From positions 1,095 through 65,094 of the forward strand of contig CATYZI010000012.1 in the NCBI GenBank assembly GCA_958415625.1: DNA of 64,000 nucleotides, given 5' to 3'. Within the stretch, counting starts at the first letter, position 1. Each line of letters begins with the position of its first letter. Below the pieces are notes generated by a model, which was not told the DNA's origin, did not search any database, and saw only the letters and a list, made by a program, of their open reading frames with translations. Origin of the DNA: an uncultured Collinsella sp. GTDB lineage: Bacteria; Actinomycetota; Coriobacteriia; Coriobacteriales; Coriobacteriaceae. Both the position numbers and the translations under genes were made by a program. Of the stretch, positions 27,704 to 39,606 are shown piece by piece.

Positions 27704-29926
27704 ATGAATATGCTCAAAATCTCGAAGGCAATCTTTAGGTCGCTCCTCTCCTCCAGGTCACTCTGTGTTGCCGTTGTTGCGTTGATGGTTCTTTGTGCTT
27801 TGCCCGTCTTCAGGAGCGCGGCTGGCATCGACGGACGGGTTGAATACCTCGAGTCGGGAATAACCCGTGTTGAGCAGGAATTGTCAGCATCCTATGCGGA
27901 TGCGCTTGTGAATGCGGGGGAGGAGGGCGTCTATACCTCTTCATCAAGCATGCCCGCGCTTCTGTACCCTCTTGCCGCGGGGCGTCTTGTCTTGGCGCCG
28001 CTCTCTCCTCTGCTTCCGTTTCTGCAGGTATCGGATGGAGCGTACTCCTTTTATGACGGATCGAAGGAGTACTTGCTATGGGCCGCAACGGCCGTTGCCG
28101 TCTCGTTCCTTGCCGCGCGTCTTAACAAACGTGAAAAACTCATCATCCAGGCACCGATGGGTGAGCTGGGCAGGCTTGTTGCATCGAGCGTATGGGCGAG
28201 TGTTTTTGCGATGCTTGCCGTCTTCGCCGTCAATCTTCCAGGGATAATCGCCGCACTTGTGAAGAATGGCCCGGGCTCGCTGTTTTATCCGATAGGCTAC
28301 GTTCAATATGCGACTCCGGTTATCAAACCGGCTTGGCTGGTGTTCGCACAGACGGCCATCTTGCAATTCTTGGTGGCGGCGTTCATCTCGCTCGTCGTTC
28401 ACCTTGCCGTGAAGATTGCCAATAACCCTACGCTTGGAATCGTGTTCGTATGTGCCCTGATGGGGGCGACGATGGTTCCCGGGTATTACGGAAGATCCAT
28501 CGCTTTACGTGAGTTCGCCCTGTTGAATCCCCTTACGTATGCGAACACTGAGTTGACCGTCGGCGCCTATAGCCCGTACCCGACAACGCAGATAGTGAAT
28601 CTGCCTGGACTTTGCTTCGAGCGTGGCGCGATTACCCTCGTATGCGCAATCGGGATCGAGGTGCTGGCAATTAGCCTGCTTTGCGTTGCTGGAAAGAGCG
28701 GCTGCGCGCCCCCGATGTCCCCGATTTGTCTTGAGAGAGGTTCCTTCACCGCATCGAGAACGACAGCCCGTTCGAGCGCTTGTGCCTCCGCCGTTGCATA
28801 CGTAAGAACGATGGGGAAGCTGCTCCTGCATTCTCCTGCCCTCGCCGTATGCGCGATTGCAATGTCGACGGCGATGCTGGCCCCGGCTCTGGTCGAGGTG
28901 TTTCCTGACGCTGGTGACGTTTCCGCTGTTCGGTATAGGGATGGGGAGCTCCGTTCAATAGATCGGTATCTAGAGCAGGACGCTGCGAATATAGACGTCG
29001 AGGGCAAAGCGGCCCTGGAAGGCATGCGAGATGCTCTTTCGGGTTTCGTATACGCGCCCACGCCTGCGGAGGGGTTTCGAAGCCTTGCGACGTACGAGCG
29101 CGCTCGAGGCGAGCTGGGCGCGGCAGATGCGACCCTCCTGCAATCGATCGGAATCGAGCCGGAGACTCCTTCTCGTGCGGAGGCGCGCGCCCTTCTGCTC
29201 GAGTCGATCGCGAGCTTGCCGGACCCCAAGGTTTACGAGTTAAGTGCGAAGATGCCCCCATTAATCCTCCTTTCCTATCTCCAGGCAGCGCTTCCTTCCT
29301 TGTTTTGGCTGTTGCCCGTGGTTGTCACATCGCTTGCGTGCACCTACCTGCGGTGCCGTTCCCTTCTGGTTTTCCAAGTCCCCGCAACAGCGCATGTGCG
29401 TTTTCTGACGGCTGTTGCGCTGGCTCTCCTGCTTGGCTTGGTGCTGCTTTTGGTGTCGATGGTTCCCGCTGCGGTTGTGTCCTTGATTAAGAACGGTGCG
29501 GGTGGATCGGAGTATCCCGTCGCTCTCATTCGGGCGGGAGCTTCGACAACGTCCATGGTGGGGGAGGCGGTGTTGTGCAGTATTCCGTTGCTGGTCATGG
29601 CATACGGCGTGATTTCCGTCGTCGCTGCGTTGACAGCAGCGATTAGCCGCAACCCCGTTGTCACCGGAGTGGTTTGCGCGGTTCTCCTGGTGTTGGGTTC
29701 GTTGAGCGCTCATGTTGAAAGCGCGGGCATGGGCGTCGCGCTGCTGGCTCCATTCGCCTCGTTTGATCCCGCTTCCCAGGTGGGGACGATTGGGTTCCTT
29801 GGGCGAGGGACGAACGCGATGCCTTTTGGAGAGGTCGTCGGCGCATCGGGCGCTCTGCTGGTGGTCTTGGGCGCCGTATCTCCGTTGATGGTGCGCCTGA
29901 GTGTTCCAAAGATCGAAAGGGGATGA
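27704..29926 (+). CDS. Large polytopic membrane protein, internal tandem duplication of an ABC-2-like permease module
   Basis: About 740 aa. It has two blocks of TM1, a soluble roughly 150-190 aa domain, then a TM bundle. Each block carries an NGxGxxxYP motif. The start is chosen at ATG 27704; the ORF track gives 27638. Confidence 0.75.
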   Translation: MNMLKISKAIFRSLLSSRSLCVAVVALMVLCALPVFRSAAGIDGRVEYLESGITRVEQELSASYADALVNAGEEGVYTSSSSMPALLYPLAAGRLVLAPLSPLLPFLQVSDGAYSFYDGSKEYLLWAATAVAVSFLAARLNKREKLIIQAPMGELGRLVASSVWASVFAMLAVFAVNLPGIIAALVKNGPGSLFYPIGYVQYATPVIKPAWLVFAQTAILQFLVAAFISLVVHLAVKIANNPTLGIVFVCALMGATMVPGYYGRSIALREFALLNPLTYANTELTVGAYSPYPTTQIVNLPGLCFERGAITLVCAIGIEVLAISLLCVAGKSGCAPPMSPICLERGSFTASRTTARSSACASAVAYVRTMGKLLLHSPALAVCAIAMSTAMLAPALVEVFPDAGDVSAVRYRDGELRSIDRYLEQDAANIDVEGKAALEGMRDALSGFVYAPTPAEGFRSLATYERARGELGAADATLLQSIGIEPETPSRAEARALLLESIASLPDPKVYELSAKMPPLILLSYLQAALPSLFWLLPVVVTSLACTYLRCRSLLVFQVPATAHVRFLTAVALALLLGLVLLLVSMVPAAVVSLIKNGAGGSEYPVALIRAGASTTSMVGEAVLCSIPLLVMAYGVISVVAALTAAISRNPVVTGVVCAVLLVLGSLSAHVESAGMGVALLAPFASFDPASQVGTIGFLGRGTNAMPFGEVVGASGALLVVLGAVSPLMVRLSVPKIERG

Positions 29927-30672
29927 TCTCGATGATTGACCTTCAAACGCTGACGATCTCTTATGGAAAGAAGGTGCTCGTAGATTCGGTGAACGCTGAG
30001 TTTGCCCCGGGTACGGTCTACGGTCTCGTCGCTCCGAACGGGCATGGAAAGACGACGTTGCTGCGTGCGATGGCAGGTTTGCCGGGTCCTCGCGTGGACG
30101 GGAGCATCGTTCTGGATGAGGTGCAGGGTACGGGTGCGAGAGAGGTCCGTTCTATGATCTTCTATGCACCTGGTGAGGGGACGCTGCTGTATCCCGGATT
30201 GCGTGCGGAAGATCACCTCAAGATGGTTTGCGATATGTGGCCGCACGCTCGCGATATCGAAGAGATAGTGGAACAAACGCAGATAGGCGAGTTCGCGAAG
30301 ATGAGGATCCGCACTCTGAGCCAGGGCATGAAGCAGCAGCTTACCCTGGCGATTGCGTATGCGACGGGCGCGCGGTACCTTCTATTAGATGAGCCCATGA
30401 ACGCGCTCGACCCCAGCAGGGTGGACTTGCATTCCGAGATTCTCAGGAAGCTGGCCGATTCTGGTACGTGCATCATCATGTCATCCCACATCTTGGATTC
30501 GGTCGATAGGCTGTGCGATGAGATTCTGTTTTTGAAGGATGGGAGGCTCATTAGAAGCATTCCGCAAGATGATGCTGCGCCGAAGTCTCCTGGATCCCAT
30601 TTCGCAAAGCCTGCCGGACGCGCCGAGGGTGCGCTAAGCACGTATCGGCGACTCTACGAAAAGGGCGGGTAG
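29923..30672 (+). CDS. ABC transporter ATP-binding protein (BcrA/LanF-like signature)
   Basis: Walker A APNGHGKTT, signature LSQGMKQQ, Walker B LLLDEP, H-loop SSH. ATGA overlap with the upstream stop. An alternative start is ATG 29932. Confidence 0.9.
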   Translation: MISMIDLQTLTISYGKKVLVDSVNAEFAPGTVYGLVAPNGHGKTTLLRAMAGLPGPRVDGSIVLDEVQGTGAREVRSMIFYAPGEGTLLYPGLRAEDHLKMVCDMWPHARDIEEIVEQTQIGEFAKMRIRTLSQGMKQQLTLAIAYATGARYLLLDEPMNALDPSRVDLHSEILRKLADSGTCIIMSSHILDSVDRLCDEILFLKDGRLIRSIPQDDAAPKSPGSHFAKPAGRAEGALSTYRRLYEKGG

Positions 30673-30825
30673 AAATGCAAGTTAAAAATCTATGTGGTCA
30701 ATATGATGCCGTTGAACCCGCGTATCGATACCGCTCAGCCATTCGCCTCGCCCCCATCGCACGCATCTTCATTCGGTCTGTTACTTTTAATCTAACGATT
30801 CTTTGAGGAATGCAGGTGCTTCTGA

Positions 30826-32634
30826 ATGTACTGTCGACTTCTTCTCAAACTAATCCTAAGAGACAAGGCCGTATGGATTTCCACGCTCGTTCTTGCTGCA
30901 GCCTTTTCCGTCCCCATTGCGTTCAATTCACCCATCTACGGCCCCTTCTTTATGAAGCAGGGCATGCAGGGCTTTGTCGACGCATTCAATACGCGCGCGC
31001 CCCAGGCCAGCGGCACAGACCTATCGCCAGAGCAGCAAGATGACGCTGAGCTTGCAAGATACGCGAACGCCGCCCTCGCCGCTCAAACCGACGCCGCCTT
31101 TCTCGACTCTGCCGAGAGCTACTACGCGCTCATGGACGAGGGCTTCCAATCCGGGTCCATCGTGGGGGACCAGGAGACCAATGACGCAGAGCTCGCATAT
31201 TGCCGCGCTCTGAGCAGCTCCGGCATCGCGGATATCCCGGCCTCCGCAAACGACCTGCCGTTCCTCTCCTTCCTGCCCTACGCCATTGCCCAGGCGCCGT
31301 CCTTCCTTCCCTTCATCCCCTTCCTTCTCTCGTCGATACTCGTGCTCGGCGCCACAAGGCCCGGGACCCTGGCGGCAAAGGCGCCCGTGCCCAAATTCCG
31401 GCGCCTTATCCAAACCGTGTTTTCGATAATTGGCGCGGGGACCGCGATGCTCCTCGCCGGCCTTGCGCCCGGGAGTATTTACGCCTTGGCCCTAAACGGC
31501 TTCGGGCAGATCGGGTACCCGATCGCCTTCTTCCATAACGGCGCGCTCACTACCACGACCGCGGGAGACGTCTTCACGACCATACTTCTCGCGCTGCTCG
31601 CGGGTGGAACCTTGATATCCGTTTGTTCCGTCGTCCTATCGACCGCAACGAGGCGCGTCTTCGCGGGCCCCCTTACCTCCGCGTTGCTTGTCGCGGCCCC
31701 GGCATTCCCGTTATTGTCCGATTCGGCACTGGGGCATAATGCCGCGCTCGAGCTCCTGCCGCTGGCCGTGTTCTCGCCTATCGAGGCAACGGGTTACGTA
31801 GGATGCTTCCCAACAGAATTCATTGACTCCGGTTCAAGCGGTGCATCGATGCTTGCCGTGGCCCTGATATACGTCGCGGTCTTTTTTGCGGTCGGCGCCG
31901 TTGCGACACGTTCGCCCAAACAGTCTGAACCCGCGAAAAAGCGCCATGGGCTCGAGCTTCTGGACGTGAGCGTGGGATACGGAAGCACGACGATACTTTC
32001 AATCGGATCGCTTTTCTTGAGCCCGGGAACGGCGGCGGGCCTCATTGCTCCCAACGGCTCGGGGAAAACCACCTTTCTTGAAGCGCTGTCGGGCCAATTT
32101 CCCACCCGTATCCACTCGGGAAGCCTGGTGGCAGACGGAATCAGCCAACGTCAATCAGCCGAATTTGCAGAACTCGTCTACCTGAGCTCTTCAGGCGGCA
32201 CGGATCTTTACCCCACGCTATCAGCCCTCGAGCACCTTGCTTTCGTTAGGGATGCGTGGAAATCGGCCGCCGACATCGACTCGCTCTGCAGCTCCCTCGG
32301 AATCTCCCCATATCTCGACAAGCCGGCCCGTAAACTCTCGACGGGAATGAAGCAGCAGGTAAAGCTTGCCATGGCGATAGCGACCGATTGCCCGTACCTC
32401 ATCCTCGATGAACCGCTGAACGGCCTCGATCCGGGAAAGCGGAAAACCTCCTGCGACGCGATGCGCAGCGAGGTGGCGCGGGGACGCAGCGTGCTCATTT
32501 CAAGCCATCTGCTCGACGACCTGGCAGACCTCACCGACTCGTTCTACTTCATCGAGGCCGGCACGCTCGTGGAAAAGATCAAGTCGTCCTCGCAGACGCT
32601 CAAGCAGGAATACCTCGATACATACGAAGGATGA
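30826..32634 (+). CDS. Fused permease-ATPase ABC protein (N-terminal membrane module, C-terminal NBD)
   Basis: Residues 1 to about 375 form a TM module with NGFGQIGYP. The C-terminal part has APNGSGKTT, LSTGMKQQ and LILDEP. Confidence 0.85.
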   Translation: MYCRLLLKLILRDKAVWISTLVLAAAFSVPIAFNSPIYGPFFMKQGMQGFVDAFNTRAPQASGTDLSPEQQDDAELARYANAALAAQTDAAFLDSAESYYALMDEGFQSGSIVGDQETNDAELAYCRALSSSGIADIPASANDLPFLSFLPYAIAQAPSFLPFIPFLLSSILVLGATRPGTLAAKAPVPKFRRLIQTVFSIIGAGTAMLLAGLAPGSIYALALNGFGQIGYPIAFFHNGALTTTTAGDVFTTILLALLAGGTLISVCSVVLSTATRRVFAGPLTSALLVAAPAFPLLSDSALGHNAALELLPLAVFSPIEATGYVGCFPTEFIDSGSSGASMLAVALIYVAVFFAVGAVATRSPKQSEPAKKRHGLELLDVSVGYGSTTILSIGSLFLSPGTAAGLIAPNGSGKTTFLEALSGQFPTRIHSGSLVADGISQRQSAEFAELVYLSSSGGTDLYPTLSALEHLAFVRDAWKSAADIDSLCSSLGISPYLDKPARKLSTGMKQQVKLAMAIATDCPYLILDEPLNGLDPGKRKTSCDAMRSEVARGRSVLISSHLLDDLADLTDSFYFIEAGTLVEKIKSSSQTLKQEYLDTYEG

Positions 32635-32821
32635 ATGTGGGGGAGTGTTCGGATGATAGTTGATATTCAAGGGCCAGCTCGTGTCGTGCCGAAAAGACCG
32701 TGAACCTTTTGTGGGACATGCGGCGCCGTGGTACCATAGCCGAGTTTGTTGTCTTGGTCGGAAACCAAGACGCCTTATGCGCTGATCGGTAACCAGCGCC
32801 TGACCAATAAGGAGTCCTACC

Positions 32822-33247
32822 ATGAAGCAGGGTATCCATCCCCAGTATGTCGAGTGCACGGTGACGTGCTCCTGCGGCAACACCTTCAAGACGCACGCTA
32901 CCGTGTCCGAGATGAAGGTCGAGCTTTGCAACGAGTGCCACCCGTTCTACACCGGCCAGCAGAAGTTCGTCGACACCGGTGGACGCGTCCAGCGCTTCGC
33001 CGACAAGTTCGGTGGCGCCGCTGCCGCCCAGCTCAAGAAGGCTGAGGAGGCCAAGGCTGCCAAGGCCGCCAAGGCTGCTGAGGCCGAGGCCGCTCGCAAG
33101 GCCGCCGCTGAGGCTAAGGCTGCCGAGAAGGCCAAGCGTGCTGCTAAGTTTGCCGAGGAGGCTGCCAAGCAGGCCGCCGAGGCTCCCGCAGAGGCTCCCG
33201 TCGAGGAGGCCGCTGCCGAGGCCGAGACCACCGAGGCTGCTGAGTAA
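32822..33247 (+). CDS. rpmE: 50S ribosomal protein L31 (zinc type A) with a 75-aa Ala/Lys/Glu-rich tail
   Basis: [20 protein letters not shown]...[12 protein letters not shown], followed by [34 protein letters not shown]... Confidence 0.93.
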   Translation: MKQGIHPQYVECTVTCSCGNTFKTHATVSEMKVELCNECHPFYTGQQKFVDTGGRVQRFADKFGGAAAAQLKKAEEAKAAKAAKAAEAEAARKAAAEAKAAEKAKRAAKFAEEAAKQAAEAPAEAPVEEAAAEAETTEAAE

Positions 33248-33284
33248 ATAGCTCGCCGCGGAATCACTCGCATTCATGGCATGA

Positions 33285-33325
33285 GGGCCGTGCATCCATT
33301 TGGGTGCGCGGCCCTTTTCTTTTTA
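33285..33325 (+). terminator. Rho-independent terminator after rpmE
   Basis: Stem gggccgtgcatcc/gggtgcgcggccc (2 G.U), followed by ttttcttttt. Confidence 0.8.
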
Positions 33326-33554
33326 TTGGTGCAAGCTAACCTGTCCCCGTGGCACCAAATGGCAGAGAGACGGCGTTTGCTCAGATAAAACCTGCCAAAA
33401 TAAACCCGTTCCATTGCGGCAGGTTGGTCATAGTTATTACGTGGCGGTCGAGCTCGACCGTATAGGCCGCGCCTTGTTTGGCTAAAGTACAATCATCTGT
33501 GTTTAACTCGCCCGCAGCTGCACGGCGTGGGCGATGGCCAAAAAGGAAAACCAC

Positions 33555-36361
<2,807 letters not shown>

Positions 36362-36362
<1 letters not shown>

Positions 36363-37510
36363 TGGCTGAGGCTTTAGAGGTAACGCCCGCCGAGCTGGAC
36401 GCGTTTGCGGACCGGCTCGGCGAGGTCGAGTCGTATCTCCACTTGGACGAAAAGCGCACGCGCGTGACCGAGCTCGAGGCCAAAAGCGTGGCCCTCGGCT
36501 TTTGGGATGACGCCGACGCCGCCCGTGCCACCATGGAGGAAATCGCGCGCACCAAGGAAGATATCGCTGCCGTGGACAACGCGCGCGGCGAGCTTTCCGA
36601 TGCCCGCGCCGCGCTGGAGCTTGCCGAGGAGATGGGGGATGACCCCGATGCCGCCGCCCTTCGCGAGGAGGCTACAGCCACGGCTGAGCGCCTGGCCCGT
36701 GCCATCGATGAGTTTGAGCTTTCGAGCTGGTTTACCGGTGAGTTCGATCACGGCGATGCCATTGTGACCATCAAGCCCGGACAGGGTGGTCTGGAGGCCC
36801 AGGACTGGACCTTCATGCTCTTTAAGATGTACATGAAGTACTGCCAGCGTCGCGGCTGGAAGGTCACGATTAACGACTGCCCCGCTGCTGAGGTCATCGG
36901 CATCGACCGCGCGACCTTTACCGTCGAGGGCAAGGACGCATTTGGCATGCTGCGCGCCGAGGCCGGCGTCCACCGCTTGGTTCGCATTAGCCCCACCGAC
37001 GACAAGAAGCGCCGCCAGACCACGTTTGCCGGCGTCGAGGTCATCCCCGTGCTACCCGATGATATCGACATCGAGATCAGTCCCGATGACATCCGCGTGG
37101 ACGTGTACCACGCGAGCGGCCCGGGCGGTCAGGGCGTTAACACCACCGACTCCGCCGTGCGCGTGACGCATTTCCCCAGCGGCATTGTGGTCACCTGCCA
37201 AAACGAGCGCAGCCAGATCCAGAACAAGGCCGCGTGCATGCAGATCCTCAAGGCTCGCCTGTACGAGATTGAGCTCGAGAAGCGCGCCGAGGCCCTGGAT
37301 GAGATTCGCGGACCCAAAACCACGATTGGTTTTGGCAACCAGATCCGCAGCTACGTGCTCTACCCGTATCAGATGGTTAAGGACCTACGCACGGGCGTTG
37401 AGACCAGCAATGTCGAGGCCGTTCTTGACGATGGCGACCTGGACCCGTTTGTTATTGGCTACCATCGCTGGGCCACTGGCAACGCTGACGCGGAGATCCC
37501 ATCTGCATAA
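36362..37510 (+). CDS. prfB: Peptide chain release factor 2 (single uninterrupted ORF, SPT instead of SPF)
   Basis: Motifs GGQ (SGPGGQGVNTTDSAVR), RSYVLYPYQMVKDLRT and HRLVRISPTDDKKRRQT. TAATG overlap with secA. Confidence 0.93.
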
Positions 37511-37636
37511 ACCGCCCGGTTTATGTGGAAATGGATAAAACCCTCCGAGCAGGGTGGTTTTGTATCCAAAGCAAACCCTGCGCAGGGGTGGTTTTTGTTC
37601 GGCGAATCGGTAGAATCGAATACAGCAAGAAGTTCG

Positions 37637-37664
37637 AAGCGCATCCGTTTGGGTGCGCTTTTTT
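37637..37664 (+). terminator. Rho-independent terminator between prfB and yitT
   Basis: Stem aagcgcatcc/gggtgcgctt, GUUU loop, T6 run. The core is 17/18 identical to the rpmE terminator. Confidence 0.75.
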
Positions 37665-37676
37665 GAGGGAGGTAGC

Positions 37677-38567
37677 ATGGCATATCGTCTGGACATCAAG
37701 CGCATTCTATCGATGAACTTCTTTCACGACCTGCCCCAGATTATGTTGGGGTGCGCTCTGGCCGCTATTGCGACCGACCTGTTTTTGATTCCCAACGGCC
37801 TTGCTGCCGGTGGTGTTACGGGCCTTGCCACCATTATCCAGGCGGTCGGCGCATCGCGCGGCATATCGCTTCCCGTTGGTATTCAGACGATCGTGATGAA
37901 CGCCTTGCTGTTGCTGGTCGTTATGCGCGAGGGCGGCATGTTCTACGTGGTGCAGACCGCGACGGGCTTTGTGCTGCTGGGCTTCTTTACCGATCTGTTC
38001 GCCCCGTTTGTAGCACCTCTGGCGGATGCGGACCTGATGCTCCCTGCCATGTGGGGCGGCATTATTACAGGCATCGGTTACGGCATGGTGCTGCGCGCCG
38101 GCGCCAACACCGGCGGCTCGGACACGATTGGCCAAATCATCTCGCGTAATACCTCGCTGCCCGTGGGCTCGACCGTCATGGCGATCGATGTTGCCGTATG
38201 CGCGCTGTCGGCTCCGGTCTTTTCAATCGAAAATGCACTATATGCAGGCCTTTCGATGGTCATTAGCGGCTACGTGATCGATGCCGTGGTCGATGGTGGC
38301 AACAAACGCCGTATGGTACTCATCATCTCGGACAAGTTCCCTGATATCGCTGCCGATATCATGTATGGCCTGGGTCGTGGTTGTACCAAGTTTAAGGCGA
38401 CTGGCATGTATTCGGGTGCCGAGAAGCCGGTGATCATGGTCATCGTGAACCGTCGAGAGCTCAATACCCTCAAGACGATCGTGCGCGAGCGCGATCCTCA
38501 CGCCATTGTGACGGTCGCCGACGTTACGGAAGCTTTCGGCGAGGGATTCAAGGACATTAGCGCGTAG
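37677..38567 (+). CDS. YitT-family membrane protein (DUF2179 C-terminal domain)
   Basis: The TM region has LIPNGLAAGGVTGLA and GANTGGSDTIGQII. The C-terminal part is soluble, with VIMVIVNRRELNTLKTIV. Confidence 0.8.
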   Translation: MAYRLDIKRILSMNFFHDLPQIMLGCALAAIATDLFLIPNGLAAGGVTGLATIIQAVGASRGISLPVGIQTIVMNALLLLVVMREGGMFYVVQTATGFVLLGFFTDLFAPFVAPLADADLMLPAMWGGIITGIGYGMVLRAGANTGGSDTIGQIISRNTSLPVGSTVMAIDVAVCALSAPVFSIENALYAGLSMVISGYVIDAVVDGGNKRRMVLIISDKFPDIAADIMYGLGRGCTKFKATGMYSGAEKPVIMVIVNRRELNTLKTIVRERDPHAIVTVADVTEAFGEGFKDISA

Positions 38568-38774
38568 GGCCGACCGCGTCCCATCCAAAAGACGTTCACA
38601 TTGATAAACCGTTTCATCAGCGGTTCTGCCTGCTAAATTGTTCAAATAATGATAAAAACTCTGGTAAAGCCATCAGTTTCCAGCATAATGAATGACGTAC
38701 GTGCATTGCGGCTGTGTTGGGATTACCTTCGGTGCCGTGCGCATTTTGTCTAATGAGGATGAAAGGAAGGCACA

Positions 38775-39605
38775 ATGAGCGACGAAGAGCTCAAAAAGGT
38801 TGCCAACGAGGTAAGGAAGGGCATCGTCACCGGCGTGCACGCTGCCAAGTCCGGCCATCCGGGCGGTTCGCTCGGCGCTGCCGACATCATGACCTATCTG
38901 TACTTTGAGGAAATGAACGTCGACCCGGCCCATCCCCGCAAGGCCGACCGCGATCGCTTTGTGCTTTCCAAGGGCCACTGTGCACCTGGTCTGTACGCTG
39001 TGCTCGCCGAGCGTGGGTTCTTCCCCAAGGAGGATCTTGAGACGCTGCGCCACATCGGCAGCCACCTGCAGGGTCATCCCAACATGAACGACACTCCGGG
39101 CGTTGACATGTCCACCGGTTCGCTCGGCCAGGGCATCTCCGCCGCCGTGGGCATGGCCGTTGCCGCCAAGCACTGGGGCGATACTTATCGCACGTACGCC
39201 CTGCTGGGCGATGGCGAGAGCGAGGAGGGCCAGGTCTGGGAGGCCGCCATGTTTGCCGGCAACCAGCAGCTCGATAACCTCTGTGTGATCGTCGACCACA
39301 ACGGCCTGCAGATCGACGGTCCCGTCGAGGAGGTCAACGACCCCATGCCGCTCGCCGACAAGTTCCGCGCCTTTAAGTTCCACGTGGTGGAGCTTGCCGA
39401 CGGCAACGATTTCGATCAGATCCGCGCCGCCTTTGCCGAGGCTCGCGCCACCAAGGGCCAGCCGACCGCCATTATCGCCGAGACCCTGAAGGGCAAGGGC
39501 GTGTCCTTTATGGAGAACCAGGTTGGTTGGCACGGCAAGGCCCCCAATGATGAACAGTTTGAGCAGGCCATGGCAGAGCTCACGGCCGCCGGAGAGGAGC
39601 TCTAG
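38775..39605 (+). CDS. Transketolase, N-terminal subunit
   Basis: Motifs SGHPGGSLGAADIMTYLYF and GDGESEEGQVWEA. Confidence 0.92.
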   Translation: MSDEELKKVANEVRKGIVTGVHAAKSGHPGGSLGAADIMTYLYFEEMNVDPAHPRKADRDRFVLSKGHCAPGLYAVLAERGFFPKEDLETLRHIGSHLQGHPNMNDTPGVDMSTGSLGQGISAAVGMAVAAKHWGDTYRTYALLGDGESEEGQVWEAAMFAGNQQLDNLCVIVDHNGLQIDGPVEEVNDPMPLADKFRAFKFHVVELADGNDFDQIRAAFAEARATKGQPTAIIAETLKGKGVSFMENQVGWHGKAPNDEQFEQAMAELTAAGEEL

Positions 39606-39606
39606 G

